Positions 3,111 to 5,611 of a DNA stretch of 5,611 nt are shown piece by piece. Below the pieces are notes generated by a model. The model saw nothing but the letters and a program-made list of their open reading frames with translations. It made no database searches and was not told where the DNA came from. A program made the translations under genes and the position numbers. Source of the DNA: a virus; the IMG/VR virus record IMGVR_UViG_3300045988_003906, positions 1 through 5,611 of that record. The stretch is one strand, 5' to 3'. Every line of letters begins with the position of its first letter. Position 1 is the first letter of the stretch.

Positions 3111-4792
3111 ACAGAAACAAAGATGCAGGATTTAACCAAGTTCCGCGGCTGGACATCACGCGAAGCCGCTTTAAAAGACGGCAAGACGTCAAACTAACGC
3201 TAAACGCCGGGCAACTTATCCCGTTTTATGTCGATGAGGTGTTACCGGGTGACACTTTTAGCATTGACCAAGCGGCGATTATCCGCATGACAACGCCCAT
3301 CTTTCCAGTCATGGACAACTGTTACATGGACATCTATTATTTTTTCACACCTAACCGGATTTTGTGGAAAAACTGGAAAAGATTTATGGGCGAGAACGAC
3401 AAAGGGCCGTGGGCACAAGAACAAGAATATACCATACCGCAAATCGCATGCAAAGACGGAACAGAACAAAGCCCCCTGCCAAAAGAAGGAAGCATCCTTG
3501 ACTACATGGGCATACCGACAAAAGTAAACAAAAGTACAGAAACACAATTTTACATCAATGCACTACCCGTTAGAGCTTATGCCATGATTTGGCAAGAGTG
3601 GTTCAGAGACCAAAACGTAGACAATCCAGCAATTATCTCAACCGAAGACGCAACAGTGGACTACACAGACGATGTAAATAAAGGCATGGACGGGAAAACA
3701 CCGGACATTGATTACATTCTTCAAAACGCATATAGAGGCGGCAGACCTTTGCCGGTAAATAAGTTTCACGACTACTTTACCTCAGCGTTGCCGAGTCCGC
3801 AGAAAGCAGGAGAATCAATAACAATCCCAATGGGCGGAAAAGCCCCGGTAATCGGATACGAATATAACAGCAACACGAAAACGCCAGGCAAATTAAATTT
3901 TGTAACTCATGTCGGACAAAATTCAACCATCGAAAATACCGAAGAAGGACCGCTACAGCTGAACGCCTACGTAATCGAAGATGGAAATTACTATTTCGAA
4001 AGCATGGACTTGTTCACAGACATGAGCAAAGTAAGCAGTACAACCATCAACCAGCTGAGACAGGCTTTCCAGGTACAAAAATATTACGAACAGTTAGCAC
4101 GAGGCGGAAGCAGATACCGCGAAATGATTTATTCGCTGTTCCACACAAAAATTAGCGATAAAACAGTACAAATCCCGGAATATCTGGGCGGAACACGCCT
4201 TACAATCAACATGAGTCAGGTAATCCAGACCAGCGGAACAACAGCTGAAAGTCCGCAGGGCAACACAGCAGCAATAAGCGTTACGCCATACAATGGGCAC
4301 ATGTTTACGAAAAGTTTCGAGGAGCACGGCTACGTTATAGGTGTATGTTGCATCCGACACGACCACACCTATCAACAGGGGCTCGAAAGGATGTGGAGCC
4401 GTAAAACCAATCTAGACTTTTACTATCCGGTGTTCGCAAATCTGGGCGAACAAGCAATTCTCAAGAAAGAAATCTATCTAGGCGACACGAAGACCAACGA
4501 AGAGGCATTTGGATACCAAGAAGCATGGGCAGAATACCGAATGAAGCCAAACCGAATCTGTGGCAAATTCCGCAGCAACGCAACGGGAACGCTTGATAGT
4601 TGGCACTATGGTGACAACTACGATAAGGTACCAACCCTAAGCCAAGCATGGATGAAGGAGGGAAACTCTGAAATTCAGAGAACTCTCGCAGTAGACAACG
4701 AACCACAATTTATCATGGACACGGTCATTGACAACACCAGCGTAAGACCCATGCCAATGTACAGCATTCCGGGTCTCGTTGACCATCACTAA
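3107..4792 (+). CDS. VP1: VP1, major capsid protein (Microviridae F-like jelly-roll)
   Basis: 561 aa. The N-terminus FNQVPRLDITRSRFKRRQDVKLTLNAGQLIPFYVDEVLPGDTF is a hallmark of gokushovirus VP1. It is the longest ORF, sits in the canonical position after VP3, and is translationally coupled to it. Confidence 0.97.
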   Translation: MNRNKDAGFNQVPRLDITRSRFKRRQDVKLTLNAGQLIPFYVDEVLPGDTFSIDQAAIIRMTTPIFPVMDNCYMDIYYFFTPNRILWKNWKRFMGENDKGPWAQEQEYTIPQIACKDGTEQSPLPKEGSILDYMGIPTKVNKSTETQFYINALPVRAYAMIWQEWFRDQNVDNPAIISTEDATVDYTDDVNKGMDGKTPDIDYILQNAYRGGRPLPVNKFHDYFTSALPSPQKAGESITIPMGGKAPVIGYEYNSNTKTPGKLNFVTHVGQNSTIENTEEGPLQLNAYVIEDGNYYFESMDLFTDMSKVSSTTINQLRQAFQVQKYYEQLARGGSRYREMIYSLFHTKISDKTVQIPEYLGGTRLTINMSQVIQTSGTTAESPQGNTAAISVTPYNGHMFTKSFEEHGYVIGVCCIRHDHTYQQGLERMWSRKTNLDFYYPVFANLGEQAILKKEIYLGDTKTNEEAFGYQEAWAEYRMKPNRICGKFRSNATGTLDSWHYGDNYDKVPTLSQAWMKEGNSEIQRTLAVDNEPQFIMDTVIDNTSVRPMPMYSIPGLVDHH

Positions 4793-4808
4793 AAAGAAAG
4801 GGGGAAAA

Positions 4809-4837
4809 GCCCGGGGCATTACCCCGGGCATATTTTT
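4809..4837 (+). terminator. GC-rich hairpin plus T-run between VP1 and VP2 (attenuator/terminator candidate)
   Basis: gcccgggg (4809..4816), loop catta, ccccgggc (4822..4829): a perfect 8-bp, all-but-GC stem. It is followed by atattttt, running straight into the VP2 ATG at 4838. Confidence 0.55.
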
Positions 4838-5611
4838 ATGGGACTTTTATCAGCAGCACTACCAATACTTAAATCAATAGCACCATCAGTAATAAGCTGG
4901 GGCATAAATAAACTCCTAGGCGGCAACATGGCAGAAAGCAGCGGAGGAAGCCAACAGCACAACGAAAGCTCAAGCCAAGGAGGCGGTTACAGCAACAGCG
5001 CCAGCGGCGTAAACAGAGACCAAAACTTACAAGACTGGAATAGTATGCTCGGAGCAATCCAAGCAAATATGCAAAGTCAACAGAAATTTAACCGCAAAAG
5101 CATGTTTGAACAGATGGGTTATAACACCATGGCAGCAATCACTCAGGGAGTATACAACCAAATAAGCAACAACGCGGCAATGAGCTACAACAGCGCCGAA
5201 GCGGCAAAAAACAGAGCTTGGCAAGAACAAATGAGCAACACAGCATACCAAAGAGCCGTAGCCGATATGAGAAAAGCAGGAATCAATCCTATTTTAGCAT
5301 ATCAGCAAGGCGGGGCAAGCACACCGGGTGGAGCACAAGCAACAATCAGCGGAGCGAGTATGGGACTTGCAAGCAGTAGTGCGGCAAGCGCAAGTGCTCT
5401 AGGAGTAAGCCAGAACCACAACAACACATGGAGCAAGAGCGAAAGTAACTGGTACAACGCAGCACAAGCGGTCGGAGACGCGACAAGCTGGCAACACACA
5501 AGCGCAGACAAGGCATTCAACGAATTCAAGGACGTCTTTAACAGCCTCAGCAGTCTAAGCACTGGCACAGGAGGGGCGGGAAGAAAACCGGGAAGAAAAC
5601 CAAGCAAAGAT
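4838..5611 (+). CDS. VP2: VP2, minor capsid / DNA pilot protein; open at the window end and completed at 1..130 (282 aa in the circle)
   Basis: The ORF is not in the supplied track because it has no stop before the window end. Hand translation of all 258 codons to 5611 found no stop. It reads [29 protein letters not shown]... with the conserved core [31 protein letters not shown] typical of gokushovirus VP2. It also has Gly/Ser/Gln/Asn-rich tracts and lies in the canonical position after VP1. The unique part ends at 5556. Confidence 0.9.
   Translation, partial: MGLLSAALPILKSIAPSVISWGINKLLGGNMAESSGGSQQHNESSSQGGGYSNSASGVNRDQNLQDWNSMLGAIQANMQSQQKFNRKSMFEQMGYNTMAAITQGVYNQISNNAAMSYNSAEAAKNRAWQEQMSNTAYQRAVADMRKAGINPILAYQQGGASTPGGAQATISGASMGLASSSAASASALGVSQNHNNTWSKSESNWYNAAQAVGDATSWQHTSADKAFNEFKDVFNSLSSLSTGTGGAGRKPGRKPSKD
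5557..5611. repeat. Terminal redundancy, copy 2 (identical to 1..55)
   Basis: See 1..55. The sequence is redundant and not an extra genomic repeat. Confidence 0.95.

Noticed and set aside
552-5607. All minus-strand ORFs in the track (552..842, 964..1164, 1998..2243, 2117..2314, 2327..2515, 3242..3547, 4094..4375, 4461..4706, 4637..4831, 4869..5066, 5027..5251, 5302..5607)
   Set aside because: Each lies antisense to a well-supported + strand gene. Their products are Cys/Leu/Arg/Val-rich shadow-type sequences with no recognisable motifs or SDs. Microviridae are known to encode all genes on one strand.

Overview
The window is a complete, circularly permuted genome of a Gokushovirinae-like microvirus (Microviridae, ssDNA phage). 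Bases 1..55 are identical to 5557..5611, so the true circle is 5556 nt. All credible genes are on the + strand. In order they are VP4 (replication initiator, 131..1150), a 1.13-kb accessory region (1151..2282), a small basic VP8/J-like protein (2283..2402), VP5-like (2399..2638), VP3 scaffold (2616..3110), VP1 major capsid (3107..4792) and VP2 pilot protein (4838..5556, continuing at 1..130). Two real genes are missing from the supplied ORF track. VP2 runs off the window end and closes across the junction. The 39-aa basic protein is below the track's apparent size cutoff. The part worth a second look is the accessory region between VP4 and VP8. It holds a 500-nt non-coding tract, unusually long for this compact family. 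That tract contains a strong hairpin terminator, a (GCGCAC)n alternating purine/pyrimidine imperfect palindrome, and a C-depleted, T-rich block. The block carries 8 same-orientation TGTTGA(A/T) iterons and a 21-nt repeat pair, each with a DnaA-box-like TTTTCCACA. Further on are a GC-rich nested hairpin island and a near-consensus sigma70 promoter with UP-like A-tracts. The promoter drives a small terminator-bounded orphan ORF, which is followed by two more orphan ORFs. Family assignments rest on motifs I recognise from memory and hand translation. No database search was possible.
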